This document shows, in pieces, positions 37,206-50,809 of a stretch of 64,000 bases of DNA. The notes under the pieces are model-generated. The model did no database searches and was not told the DNA's origin. It saw only the letters and a program-made list of their open reading frames with translations. Origin of the DNA: Lytechinus pictus (taxonomy: Eukaryota); assembly GCF_037042905.1 (NCBI RefSeq), contig NC_087252.1:11100001-11164000 (forward strand), written 5' to 3'. The translations under genes were made by a program, and so were the position numbers. How positions within the stretch are numbered: the first letter of the stretch is position 1; each line of letters starts with the position of its first letter.

Positions 37206-40200
37206 GATTTATCTTTTTTCTTCAGTTTCGGGAGCTAGAGGTCAGTGGGGTATTGATTCTTATATTTTAAAAAGGCCATAAGGCTTAAAAGGGCACCATT
37301 CATTTTAAAAAGTACAATTTTTATATGAAAATTTAATTTTGTGATAGCTAGATTGTGACATATAGGCCCTATTTGAAAATTATATTTCACCCTGTCCCAT
37401 TGTGTAGGTCTATATCAGCGAGGGGGGGGGGGGGTTATGCCTACTGAGACTCAGAGGTTTTAAGTTTGATAGCTTCTATTTCTACGAGAAAGGGTACTAT
37501 ACGTACTAGATCAAAACTAGGAGCAAAGCGCGAACTGAAAAATGCGAAAAATTATTGACCCCAAAATGGGCAACTTATATAAATTTTGAGGACTCTTGTT
37601 CGTTTTCAGGGTTATTTCTTTTTCATGCGCTCTTTTAAATTTCAATTATCATTTGTTTTGTTTGTTCGCCACTTATTTTTCATAAAAAAACAGGATGAAT
37701 AATAAAAAATTGACTACATTTAAAAGGGTACGTGTTGAAACATACAGGACACACCTAACACCCTTAGAGCTTAATGGTTGTGAGGAAGCCGGGTTGAATT
37801 TCAAAGAGATATTGTAATGAATAAAAACATAAGCATGAACGTATTATTCTACTTCATCCATCTCTTTCTAACAATACAAGAAAATAATTGAAGGGGAGGT
37901 CAAGGCTAGAGATAATCAATAAATAGAGTAAAATTCACAGAGCAAAATGCTTAAAATTTATTCAAAATCGGATGACAAATAACGAAGTTAAGTTGAATTT
38001 TAAGTATTTGCAATATTCCCATGAAACAGTTTTATTTAGGCATGTCTCATGAATATTAATTAGGTGGGCTGATGATGTCATATCCCATGTTCTTTTGTAC
38101 ATTATATGAAATTAGGTTTATTCAACATATTTCTACCAAGAACTTAAACAATTGGAATGACAACTGATTAACCGCATTAGTTATTTAATGCAGCAACTTC
38201 ATTACAATGGAGACACATTATTTACACATGTATTGAAAAAATTAGATAATCATAATTTCATATCTAACATTAAAAAAGGAAAATGGGAATGTCACATCAT
38301 CAGCCCACCAAATGAATATTCATGACGATGTGCACACTATCTGTTTTCACAAAATATTGATAAACAATTAACATAAGAAAGTTCAGCGTTGAATGTTGAT
38401 TAAAAAATAAATCTGAGTTAAAATGCTATCTAAGATTTTGTTTTACATGTTTGATAACCAAGTTTTAATGCGATACTAGCCCCTTGAAGTTTTTATTGCG
38501 AGAAAATACATTTTTCCAAGTTTCCCATCTATTTTTTTATTTATTTTTTTTTAGTAAAAAGGACCTATTTTCTTACAAATAGAATTACTTCAATATTTGT
38601 TCTCCTATTCACAATATTTTTTCTATTTTACAGGTGGAATAGGATAAACTAAAAATAGGATATTTAATTTCCATTTTAAGGCCTATTTTTTTTTCTTTAT
38701 ATCACCGGTTTATATCTTTGCAACCTTGCAATATGTTAGCCAGGCTGGTTTATATCTATTTCTTTTTAAATCAAATAAATTTGTATATTTTCAATCTATT
38801 TTTATGATGCGAGGCTATATATAGTTTGTAAATATGTTTTTTAATTGCAAGAACAATCTTGTATCTCTGTTGACATATGATGGCAGTTTATTTTGCTTCT
38901 TTTTTCTAATTTGTATGAAGTTTGTATCTATATATTTTCAAACTATTTTCCATCCTTAAAGTGTCACGACCGATGTAATATTATTTTTTTTACCTCGTTG
39001 GCAAAGTTATTATCTTTTCTTATGTTTCGCTTTAAAATGGTATCTTTATATTTGCTTGTCTTGCTCCTCCACCCCTTATCAAAATACCCTGCCGGCACTT
39101 GATCTAAGATTATTTTCTTGTACTACTTGAACCTTATAAAGGGATCTTTCCTTCGATCGCAAGAAAGGATAAAATGTGTGTTTTTGAAAATAAATAAAAT
39201 GAAAAATACATAGGATTGGAGCTGTGATTTTCCTCATTGCTTTCTTTGTCATCCTACTTGCATACTAGTAGGCCTATATAACATATTTTCAGTAAAAGCC
39301 CTGGTTTTAAATTGTGAGACATGTTTTTAAATCCTATCCTTATATTAAAAAAAAAGAATAAAGAGAAAGAAAAAATTAAAAGACATAGAAAAGAAAAAGA
39401 AAGGAAGAAGAAATAAATATATGAATTTTACTTTATTCAATTACTTTACGTTAATAATATGATATATATGATGGCGAAAATAGTCAAATTGTCTGGTTGC
39501 CAAGTAAAAAGTAAGACCCCCCCCCCCCCCACCCCCCTCCCCGTACAAACGCACGGACTAGTAATTTGCACGCGTGCGCGTACGGCCGGTATACGTGTTT
39601 CCGGTTCCGCCATTTGAAAAAAAAACGTTCGTAACTGCTCAGCTGAACCTGAAGCTTGATGAAGAAGGCCGTCAATATTTCAACAAAAACTAACAGAATA
39701 TGGATCAGATTCGGACAACGACTTCTTAAGACATTCACACAACAGGCTAAACAGTAAGTTAGATCAATTTTTCGTAGTTTGGCGCGGCATGCACTTAAAT
39801 TTCTTCGACTTTTTAATCATTACCGTACGGCCACTGCACTGCCGTTGTTCCCGATCGCTTAACGGGTGGGGGCTGATCTGCGGTGTGCGCGGCCGGGGAC
39901 GGCCAACGGCTGGCTAGTATTGATGGCGGCGGTGAGGATGTTTGTATTGTCATCTTTATACCTTTATACCGCATCTACTGGAAAAATACAGTTGTTCCTG
40001 CAGTCAAGTTTCCAGGTCTATCTTGTTGTCTTCCTAATCCTATCTTGTTGTCTTCCTAGCTTGATTGTCTTCCTAGCTTGGATAAGTTCGAAAACTGAGT
40101 CTGTGCTATTTGTGCAATGTGCTGTGCCAATTAATGTACCGGTACCGGTACTATTGGAATGAAATAGGCACTATTCCCATGCGTGAACATAATGCCACGC

Positions 40201-40307
40201 AGACCAGAACTTGTCTAACTTTGTCTTGAAGCCATTGATTGTTGATGCTGTGACTACCTCAGTAGGCAAAGAGTTCATGATTGTCATGATTGTAGCCAGG
40301 TCAGGGG

Positions 40308-42357
40308 TGGCCTGGAGGCGTTTGGGGAGTGAAAGTAACACTAATAGTAATACTAATATACTGTACGTATGGTCACTCCCCTAACGCCTGGCGTTTGTAC
40401 TTATATATAGGCTCCCACACACCAAAGGAAAATGCAACTAGGAGTAGGACCTAATTAGGCTAGGGCCTATATGTATAAAAATTCGCCAAACTGCTAGTTA
40501 AAAACTTTAGATTCCAGTTTTAACACTTCTGTACATGGGTAAAAATATTGGTTGGCAACGTTTGGCAAAAAAAGGATAGTTATGGTTACAAAATGATGCT
40601 AGAATTATATGAATTAATTAAAGTAGAAGAGAGTTTAGTTTACTTCCACTTGTTGTTGACATCGCCATCTTTGATCCTTTGTAAATGCAACCTAAGTTAG
40701 TTACGTAACGCATATAGAGGGCGGCAAAATCATGAGCGGTGCTAGATTAAAAAGTGCTAAAATGTCCAACCACTGAACTAAGTTAGAAATACAAAGAGAA
40801 AACATATTGCATCTTGCCTTCTACGGCGCATTCTCGAACAATTGACCTAGCAAAATGGCGGCGGTCACTTATCGAGTTCGCTGGCGATGTTTTGCTTGGG
40901 TGTACACGACTTCCACGTATTTCTAGTTCAGTGATTGAAGCGGGTAGTGCTGTTGTCGATAGGCCTCATATCGACATTGATGTCGACATACGAAGGATTT
41001 TCAAAATTCTGACATGTCGACATGCACGCACCCACATCGACATGTAAATATAAAATAAAAAGGGGTCTAGCCTAAAGTCACAAGTGTAAAGCTTAGCTGA
41101 GAAGTTAGAAGCATTTATCCACAGTAATTGGCGCGATTAAAAGGTTTATTCAGCTTAGCAGCGCGTTAAACGAAAAAAGAATACCTGCGAGCTGTGCAGC
41201 AGCAGAAATACGTCAGTGTGGGGCCGGCCTGCCCGATCGAGCCGGCCGCCCTCGATCCCGACTCGCTCTAGATCTATATCTAGCGCTATAGCGAGCTGAG
41301 CGTAGCGTAGTAGCATTCACCGTACCCATCCATCGCGTGCTTGATAAAACGTTGCTCCTAAATGCATTACTTTTCACATAAACGTGAGCAGCAGCGAACA
41401 CGTGTTTTTGTCAAAGTTGTGACCGCCGCAATTCAGCGCTTACTTCATATCACGAAGTCACAGAAAACTTCCCTTCATTTGTTTGGAGATCGTTGCACGG
41501 ATCGCCCCGTAAGTGATACTGAAATTATCGGTCGATTTTCATTATTTTTTATTGTCAATTTGAGGAGCTTGCGTTTGCAGCACATGTGTACCAGCGTATA
41601 ATACGCAATGATCACTGTTGTAATTGGTGATTCTCAAATTGACTCCGAGTGTTATTGCGCAATGTTTTCGAGACCGGATCGTGGTACAAAAAATGTGGAT
41701 TAAATCGGTTATTTTGGAAGTGAATTCACTCCAGCTTGGTAAAAAATATGTTTTCCCGAACTGAGCCTGTATTATATAGATCTAGTGTGGGGATATCACT
41801 CGTGTCAAGGTGAATACATTTAATTGAGAGTGTTGTTCCACGATCGAATGCTTTTTTTATGTTAGGGAGCCTAGGCTAAATTACGGTCCCCTTTTCATGT
41901 CGACATTGTCGATGTCGGGATTAATTTTTAAGCGACATGTCGACATTGATTTTTGTTTCCGACAACAGCACTAGAAGCGGGACATTTTAACACTTTTTAA
42001 TCTAGCACCGCTCATGATTTTGCCGCCCTCTATACGCATAACGTAACTAGGTTGCATTTACAAAGATGGCGATGTCAACAAGTGTAAGTAAACTCTCTTC
42101 TACTTTTATTAATTCATATAATTCTGGCATCATTTTGTAACCATAACTATCCATTTTTTGCCAAACGTTGCCAACCAATATTTTTACCCATGTACAGAAG
42201 TGTTAAAACTAGAATCTAAACATAACTAGCAGTTTGGCGCATTTTTATAGTTGCATTTTTCTTTGGTGTGTGGGAGCCTATAAGTACAAATGCCAGGCGT
42301 AAGGGGAGTGACCATACGTACAGTATATTACTTTCACTCCCCAAACGCCTCCAGGCT
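40308..42357. mobile_element. Foldback element with (TA)GCCTGGAGG termini, interrupted by a hAT MITE
   Basis: Arms ~40308-40770 and ~41981-42357 are reverse complements. Confidence 0.8.
40945..41973. mobile_element. Non-autonomous hAT-like element (copy 1)
   Basis: 8-bp TSD gaagcggg; TIR tagtgctgttgtcg; subterminal atgtcgacat repeats. Confidence 0.9.
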
Positions 42358-42445
42358 TCAACACCATCGTAAGTCTAACTTCTTGACTAAATCAAAGATA
42401 GTAAGCTACTTGTCCGCTAACCATTTCAAGAAAGGCAAGATCGGG

Positions 42446-43988
42446 GGCGCTAATGCAGTTTCGCACCCGCCGATTACAGTGCTAGCATACCTCATCACTA
42501 ATAGGCTAGCAATACTTTGTCCCAAATCATGTCTTGTCATGACTAGCCTGGAGGTGTCTGGGAGTAAAATTATTTCTACTACATGTATATGTAGGCTTAC
42601 TCCCCATGATGCCTGGCAAGGCATTGGGCCACACAAAGGAGAGTTTTTTTAGAAAACAATGTTGCTCCAAAATATTTGATTTATTTAACTTGCTTATCAC
42701 TCAATTTTGTAAATGGAAAAGAAGTTCATTTCCCCCCATTAGGCACTTATAAAGTTTTTTACACGAAAAATAATACAAATATTAAGAAAAATCATGTGAG
42801 AAGATGAGCAGATACTCACCGATGATCTTGTCGCCATATTTCCTTCTTTGTTCGTAGCCTAGTTAAAAGACGTGTATAAGAGAGGGCGACGATATCATGA
42901 GCAGTGCCAATTAAAAAAAAAAAACTTCAGCCGATGATAATCGTGAATTATAAAATACTTGCATTAGCCAATAAATATTTATGTGCTAAGCCTACGTATA
43001 GTAGAAATAATTTTACTCCCCAGATGCCTCCAGGCTAGTCATGACAAGTCTCTCAGTCACATTTCGTCGTCAATATACCCACTGCTTTTCCGGCGCTAAT
43101 GCAGTTTCGCATCTGCCGATTACCAGCATACCTCATCACCAATACTTGTTCCCAGATGTCATGACAAGTCTCTTGGTTCACATTTCGATATCAATATACC
43201 CACTGCTTTCCCAAATATTGTGAGGGGTAACGGCTGTATTTTGACTGCGATCTCGAAGACATCGAATCCTCAGTCAAACACCGCTTTGCTCACATTATTT
43301 GGTTGCTAAATTCAGTCCATATTAACATTACAGCGATGGCAAATCCAAGCGATGTCTACGGATTAGATCAGTGAGGTCAAGATCGAAGCCGAAATACAGC
43401 CGTTCCCGATCAGGATATTTTGAAAAGGAGTAGGTATATTGACATCGAAATATGACTGCGAGACTTGTCATGACATTTGGAACAGATATTGGTGATGAGG
43501 TATGCTGGTAATCGGCCGGTGCGAAACTGCATTAGCGCCGCTTTTCCAAATATTGCGAGCGGTAACACCTGTATTTTGACTGTGATCTTGAAGGCATCGA
43601 TCGTTCGAATCCTCAGTCAAACATCGCTTCGCTTGGCTTCACCGCTCGCCGTCATGTTGATATGGACTGAAGTTATGCAACCAAAAGATTCACATACGGC
43701 ATGCTGGCAGTTCGTTTGCCACATGTTCACATGATTTGGTTGCTAAATTCAGTCCATATCAACATACTGCGCACGGCGAATCCGAGTGATCCGCGAAGCG
43801 ATGTCTACGGATTAGTTCAACGATGTTGAGATCAAAGCCGAAATACAGCCGTTCTCGATTACGATATTTTGTAAAGTATTGGGTATATTGACATTAAAAT
43901 GTGACTGAGAGACTTGTCATGACATTTGGGAACAAGTATTGGTGATGAGGTTTGCTGGTAATCGGCCGGTGCGACACTGCATTAGCGC
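42446..43988. repeat. Rearranged tandem/inverted MITE array with ggcgctaatgcag termini
   Basis: Unit A direct at 42446 and 43092, inverted ending at ~43539 and ~43988; duplicated cores at ~43212 and ~43546. Confidence 0.7.
42544..43037. mobile_element. Non-autonomous hAT-like element, TAGCCTGGAGG family
   Basis: 8-bp TSD gtcatgac; TIR tagcctggaggtgtctgggagtaaaattatttctac. Confidence 0.85.
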
Positions 43989-44165
43989 CAGATTTTGGAC
44001 AACAACCTAACTAAATAGTAAATATTTATGACACCTCCAAACCTTCAACCTGTCAACTTCTTTCTTAATGATAGACGGTAGTGGCATCACATGGAAAGCC
44101 AAGAGAGCACCGATGGGTGTATTACGTGCCGCTGTGTACAATGTCAACAGTTGCATGGCAATCCC

Positions 44166-44831
44166 TACCTCGAGCAAAGTTTGTGCAGGCTCCACTCCAC
44201 TTAACTACGGCTACACAACACTACGCTCCACCTACTCGAACTTCGAGACCATGAACTCGATCTGATATTCTGAGTGACAGATGTGGGATTTTATGGGGGT
44301 GGGGAATATAAAATTCATGCAACATCTTGATTTTTAAAAAGAATTAAAACTAATATTCTTACTTTACACAAAGTTTCATTTAGTTCCATGCTTTTATCAG
44401 TCTCAAAATTGGTGATTTAGAGCCAACATGAAGTTCCTCACACATATTTATAATTCGCTGCCGATTTCAAAACATTGCATGCGGATGCAATATGCGCGAT
44501 ATACCGGGTCTGGTCTGACCCGACCGACCTCACGCGCATGCGATGTATTGAATATTGATACGTGTGAGAAACTTCATGTTGGCTCTAAATCATCAATTTT
44601 GAGACGGATAGAGGCATGGGGAAGAAGTGAAACTTTGTGTGCAGGAAGAATATTAGTTTTAATTTTTTTAAAGAGCGTGATGTTGCAGGAATTTTATATC
44701 CCCCCCATAAAATACCACTTTTTGTCACTCGGAATATCAGATCCAGTTCACGGTCTCAAAGTTTGGGTAGGTGGAGCGTAGTGTAGCAATAGTGAAGTGG
44801 AGTGGAGCCTGCACGAACTTCACTCGAGGTA
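44166..44831. mobile_element. Mutator-like foldback element
   Basis: 9-bp TSD ggcaatccc; almost entirely an inverted repeat starting tacctcgag. Confidence 0.85.
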
Positions 44832-45230
44832 GGCAATCCCACAAATTTAAAAGAGGTTTCTATAAAATCAAGTCCGGCCTTCTATGAACATGACAAACTT
44901 ACGAAAAGATGTGAAGTCAATTCACCCTAAATATCATCAATATCCCTCAAATAGCTTCATTTAAGCACTAATTTCTCTTCCGGTTGATAAAATATGGATC
45001 CGTCTTTAATTTCCAAAATTGTTCGTCTAATTAGCTAAATGACGCATGTTTTAGACATATTAAAGACACTACATAGAAAAGACTAGGCACAAAGACTATT
45101 ATACATGTAAATCGATGCAAAGCATTACGCGATGTCGGCAAAGTGTCCAATCTTCTTATTGTAAAGACTTTAGCGACAATAACAGACTGTGAGTAAGGTT
45201 AAAATGCTCCTCTACTTTTAATGTTTTCAT

Positions 45231-46273
45231 TAGTGCTGTTGTCGGGAACAAAAATCTATGTCGACATGTCGCTTAAAAATTAATCCCGACATCGACAATG
45301 TCGACATGAAAAAGGGACCGTAATTTAGCCTGGGCTCCCTAACATAAAAAAAGCATTCGATCGTGGAACAACACTCTCAATCAAATCAGGGGGCTTGACA
45401 CGAGTGATATCCCCACACTAGATCTATATAATACAGGCTCAGTTCGGGAAAACATATTTTTTACCAAGCTGGAGTGAATTCACTTCCAAAATCACCGATT
45501 TAATCCACATTTTTTTCTGGAGAATCAAGTTTTTGTACCACGATCCGGTCTCGAAAGCATTGCACAATAACACTCGTAGCCAATTTGAGAATCACCAATT
45601 ACAACAGTGATCATTGCGTAGTATACGCTGGTACCATGTGCTGCAAACGCAAGCTCCTCAATTTGACAAAGAAAAATAATGAAAATCGACCGATAATTTC
45701 AGTATCACTTCCGAGGCGATCCGTGCAACGATCTCCAAACGAATGAAGGGAAGTTTTCTGTGACTTCGTGATATGAAGTAAGCGCTCAATTGCTGCGGTC
45801 ACAACTTTTACAAAAACACGTGTTCGCTGCTGTTCACGTTTATGTGAAAAGTAATGCATTGAGGAGCAACGTATTATCAAGCACGGTGAATAGCGCGCGA
45901 TGGGTACATATTTCCGTGGATGGGTACGGTGAATGCTACTCTCGCTACGCTCGCTATAGCGGGATATCGAGGGCGGCTCGATCGGGCAGGCCGGCCCTGC
46001 ACTGACGTATTTCTACTGCCGCACAGCTCGCAGGTATTCTTTTTTCATTTAATGCGCTGCTAAGCTGAATAAACCTTTTAATCGCGCCAATTACTGTGGA
46101 TAAATGCTTCTAACTTTTCAGCTAATCTTTACACTCGTGACTGTAGGCTAGACCCCTTTTTATTTTATGTTTACATGTCGATGTGGGTGCGTGCATGTCG
46201 ACATGTCAGAATTTTGAAAATCCTTTGTATGTCGACATCAATGTCGATATGAGGCCTATCGACAACAGCACTA
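45231..46273. mobile_element. Non-autonomous hAT-like element (copy 2, inverted relative to copy 1)
   Basis: 8-bp TSD gttttcat; same TIR and interior as 40945-41973. Confidence 0.9.
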
Positions 46274-47725
46274 GTTTTCATTGATTTTATGTTGAATATT
46301 ATTAAAGAATATGACTCTTTGCACCTGAATTGTAACACTGAAATATGGAAATGAAGAAGTTTTATCATCATGTATTTTTATTAATCTGCAAATAAAATTT
46401 TACTATGTCACTCAAATTCATTTCATTTCATTAAAGATTCAAAGAGGGATCTCTGGATGATCGAGCAACAAGTCCAGCATTATGTGGGAAAGATACTACA
46501 GGTGTACACAGAAAAGGCCATGATCATGTACAAGACACGGTTGGAGTTCATAAAAGGTGATTATGTAGGCATTCACTTCAGTAGATATTATAATTGCAAA
46601 ATTAAGCAGATTGTATTCATGCAGTGGCATACAGTGTAATCCTTGTTAGAAGATGTAGATTTATTCTTCATTTTTTTATTAAAGAGTTTCAATATGTGCT
46701 TATGACAATTTGTTTGCATTATAAATTGTTTGTCACTCTTCGGCTTAGTTTGCTTTATAAGCAAGAATATGCTAAGAGAGATAGCCGCAAGGACCTCATG
46801 ATCCGATAGGTATGTACTTGTGAAAAGAGATCTAGATGGTGGCAAAACACCTTATTTCTTGTATTTTTATGTTGTTCATGTTATCGTAATGGTACGTGTG
46901 TTTTTTTTCTACAGATTAAGCTGCCTCGTGCTATACAGACGTGGATAAAAACAAGCTGTCCAATGAATGGTGACTACTCAAGAGGAGCCAGAAAGTCAAC
47001 TAAGGCCAGGGTATTTTGGGAGTTGATATGGCCGGGGAAGGGGGGGAGGGGAGGGGGTTTCCAGGGCCCCCCCCCCTCCCTTGAGATCTCGACCGCACAA
47101 TCGCGTCTTACATTGGCACATGGGTTGTCTAGGGCATAATTTACAAAATTAAATTGTAAATTATTTCACGCAAATTGTTATTAAGTGATAATACTAATTT
47201 ATGCGTAATTAGAATACAAAATCATACTTTTTCCTCTATTGCATTGACTTTGTACACAAAATCACTTTTTTGAGCAATTTTTGGTATGACATGTACTTAC
47301 ATAATGTCACGTTATTACAGAACCACGTACCGGGTGACACAAGATTGGTCTCAAAAGATGCACAAGACTAGAAAGAGGCATGTTTTAAAAAAATTGTGCG
47401 ACAGCATGGTCGCAAAATTTTTGGAAGGGGGGGGTCAAATTGGTCCAATTTAACTGAGGGTTAATAACTGGGAGGCTGTAAGCTGCCTTTTTACTTTCAA
47501 GTCTTGCACATCTTTTGAGACCAAATTTGTGATGCCTGGGTACGCTGTTCCGAAATTTTGCAACATTTTTATGTATTAATCCAACACAAATACTGTTTCT
47601 TGCTAAAAATTCACAATTAGTATACCAGTAATATACATTTATCAAGATTAAAGTCAAATTATTTAATTACATTTATAATCATAAAAACTTTGATAAAGTA
47701 TAAAAAAAAAACAAAGAGTTGTATG

Positions 47726-48688
47726 TAGGCCTGGGACTTTCGGGTTTATTCTCTTCGGGTACCCGTGGTAATTTTCGGGCGGGTACCCGAAAATCATGTC
47801 ACTTGAAATATGACTGGTGGAAAAACCCCATAGGTGACGTCATCAAGCCAATGCGATGCAAGCCAATTTATGAATGAAAATATAGTAAGCATGCGCATTG
47901 CAAGCCTCCCGTGCCCCACGCAGTATTCAATCGAAACAATTAAGTTTCAATACTCTGTCACCTCGTACCAAAATCGACCTAGAATTCCACTTTCCTATAT
48001 TTCATATGAATTATAAAAGGTTTTCTCACCGATACTGCACAGGTAAGCAAATTTTTATTACTTCTTGCTTTTCCGTCAAAATCTTACGAAGTAGCGTCGA
48101 TATTACATCGTGTTCGTGAGTTTGTATCGCTACGTGAACAAAGTCAATTGATTTCAGGGTTTCGGAGCGTCAAATGCGCCAGCCAATCACGATCGTGTTC
48201 CCATTTTCGGTTTATGATGAACTAAAAATGGTAACAAGAACGTGATTGGCTGGCGCTTCGTAGGTCGATTTTGGTATGAGGTGACAGAGTATTGCAGACT
48301 TGTTTTGACGGAATACTGAGTGGGGCTGAGGCTTGCAATGCGCATGATTACTATATTTTCATTCATAAATTGGTTTGCGTCGCAGTGGCTGGATGACGTC
48401 ACTGCGCTGCAAAAGAAACATGGCGATGATTGAACGATCTCGGTCACATCATCATCACTTGAAAACTTGTATATTTATGGATATTTAGAGGGTAATTGGT
48501 GAAATTCAAAATGAGGCTTGTGTACTTTTGTGATGAGTTACAATCATGTCTTACACTATGCAATACAAATCAAATACATGTACATTATACTGGTGAGCAA
48601 TTTTCGGGTATCGGGTATTGATTTTTCTACCCGGGTACCCAAGGCTTCCGGGCGGGACCCGGGTACTCGGGTTTTAGTCCCAGCCCTA
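47726..48688. mobile_element. Non-autonomous hAT-like element
   Basis: 8-bp TSD gttgtatg; TIR tagg(c/g)ctgggact; subterminal cgggtacccg repeats; internal inverted repeat ~47833-47980 / 48260-48402. Confidence 0.88.
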
Positions 48689-49229
48689 GTTGTATGAAAA
48701 TTTTCAAAAATAATGAAAGGTAAAAGAAAACAAGATTACAATGTCCATTGCAAGGGGGCTAGTCTATTCAGGATAATTGGGATTTTATTTAGTTTTTAAT
48801 TGACATAACATTATGACAAGATCCCTCCATTTAGTGTATAAACAGCACATGGCCATGATTGAAATTCATATAACATTAAAGTATGCAAACCAGACATGTA
48901 CATGTAGGACTCACTGCTTGTCAATTCTATTGTCTGCCAGGGTCAAGTGACATACAGTGCACATGTATAACGTGTGTGAAAGTACATAAGAAAATCAGCT
49001 TTTTATTTTTGTACTGTAACATTGTGTGAACTGGTGATCACTTTGGATATGATGCTCTTCATATTGGTTTATTTTATGTATATGAATTTTTGGATAATCA
49101 TTAAGAATTAAAGCTATTTACTTAATATATGGAAGCATAAGCCCATCAAAAAACAGAATTATGTCATGTACAGCTAATTCATTTTGCGTGATATTACAAT
49201 TGTAATTGTTTACTTGAGCAAGTAATTTG

Positions 49230-49975
49230 AATTCTCGCTACCCCAAATAGCGATTTCGCCGAGATCCGGGAAAATCCCTGTAACGTGCATTGCATTATGG
49301 GATAGCTTTTTCGGTATTACAACTTCCTGTTCGGAAGTCCAACGCACTGTTTTGCCATTTAGATCAACAGTGCCGTCATGCACAACAACACAACGTAGCT
49401 TTCGCTCGGAAAGTTCGTGATCACAACCCTCTCTTTCACTAACAGTTTTACAGCCTTTTCTGCTAAAGTCACTAATTCTGCCTGACGCTTTCCATTGCAC
49501 GGTATTCATCTTTCAGTTAAGATTGTTTTAAGTTCCGAAACTGATTTTTATCCATTTTGTGGTCGACGAAAAATTGAACGAAATGAATGCTGAATATATT
49601 TAGTGTCTAGTAGTTGAATACGATCGTGATGTCAGGCCGGTCGCTAAATGCAAAATTTTAAGATATTCATTATTTGTTTGATTTTTTTATAACCAAATAA
49701 AAACATGAATAAAAATTATTCTCACGTGAAATATATTTTTTATTTTTATTTATGATTCAAATGGAATCAAAACTGACCAAATGTAATAAAAAGTATTATA
49801 CTCTGTACATATTACGCTGATTGGCATCGATTTCAGCGTGGTGGAAAACTCAGTATCGCGAACCTCGCGCGAGCATGACTCTAAACCGGAAGTGGTGATG
49901 ACGACCCGACGGAGTGAAAATTATCTCGTCTCGCGCATTATGAGATTTTTGTTCCTATTTGGGGTAGCGAGAATT
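49230..49975. mobile_element. Unclassified TIR element
   Basis: Perfect 21-bp inverted ends aattctcgctaccccaaatag / ctatttggggtagcgagaatt. Confidence 0.7.
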
Positions 49976-50809
49976 GCTGCATGACCTAAACAATAACATG
50001 TTCCAATTCGAATAGTAACATGACCTAAAGAAGAGTTACTCCACGTCGATTGAGAGTGCTTATGTTAAATAATTGATGTTGCTACTTCAAATAATTGAGG
50101 TCAATCAAATTGGTCAATTTTGAGCTATATGTCATAATTAATTAGGTCATATACTAATTGAAATTACTAAATGGCTCGAGTAGGTATGAATTCACGTTGC
50201 CACATGACCTTAATTATTTTATGTAGCAACATCAAGTATTGAACGTCATTTAGTTATCAATTATGACATGTAGCAAATCAAATTACATGCCGCAATTTCG
50301 TGTTTATGATGGGCTCATGCTTACATTCATATATAACCCTTCAATACGTAGTTGGAGCAATTCTTAGACAAGAAGACTGTAAAACAATGATATGCCTATT
50401 CAATGTCAAAAAGGTTAATGTCTCAATAGATTTGATCTACGTTTTGGCAAAGTAATCTTATGTTCATATTTTTTCTAACCTATGGTGAACATTCTAAATC
50501 ATGTGAAATTCATTCAAAAATATCTTTCAGTATTTATGGACTTAAGTGAATTCTAAGCAAAATGAAGTGATTATGATTACGTTCATGTACTTTAAGTTTA
50601 TAATGGTGATCAACACATCATAATTTCATCCCTTACTGTATGTGCACCATGCATTATCTGTACATGCAGAAGTGGTTATCCATTGTTTCATAACATGGTT
50701 GAGTAAAGGATGTTCTGCTTTTTGTATTAAGCCAATCGGGTGTTGACAAGAAGGGGAAAATGCAATTGCTCAGCTATTACAGGTTTTTTTGCAACCATAA
50801 TACTGGTTA

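Noticed and set aside
42362..44000. Kinase-like HR..N.L...KIG|DFG formed by removing the repeat array
   Set aside because: Needs an asymmetric excision; no HRD aspartate or APE motif
44007..44165. Minus-strand PLPSIIKKEVDRL resembling a gypsy RT start
   Set aside because: Too short, and no further RT motifs could be followed
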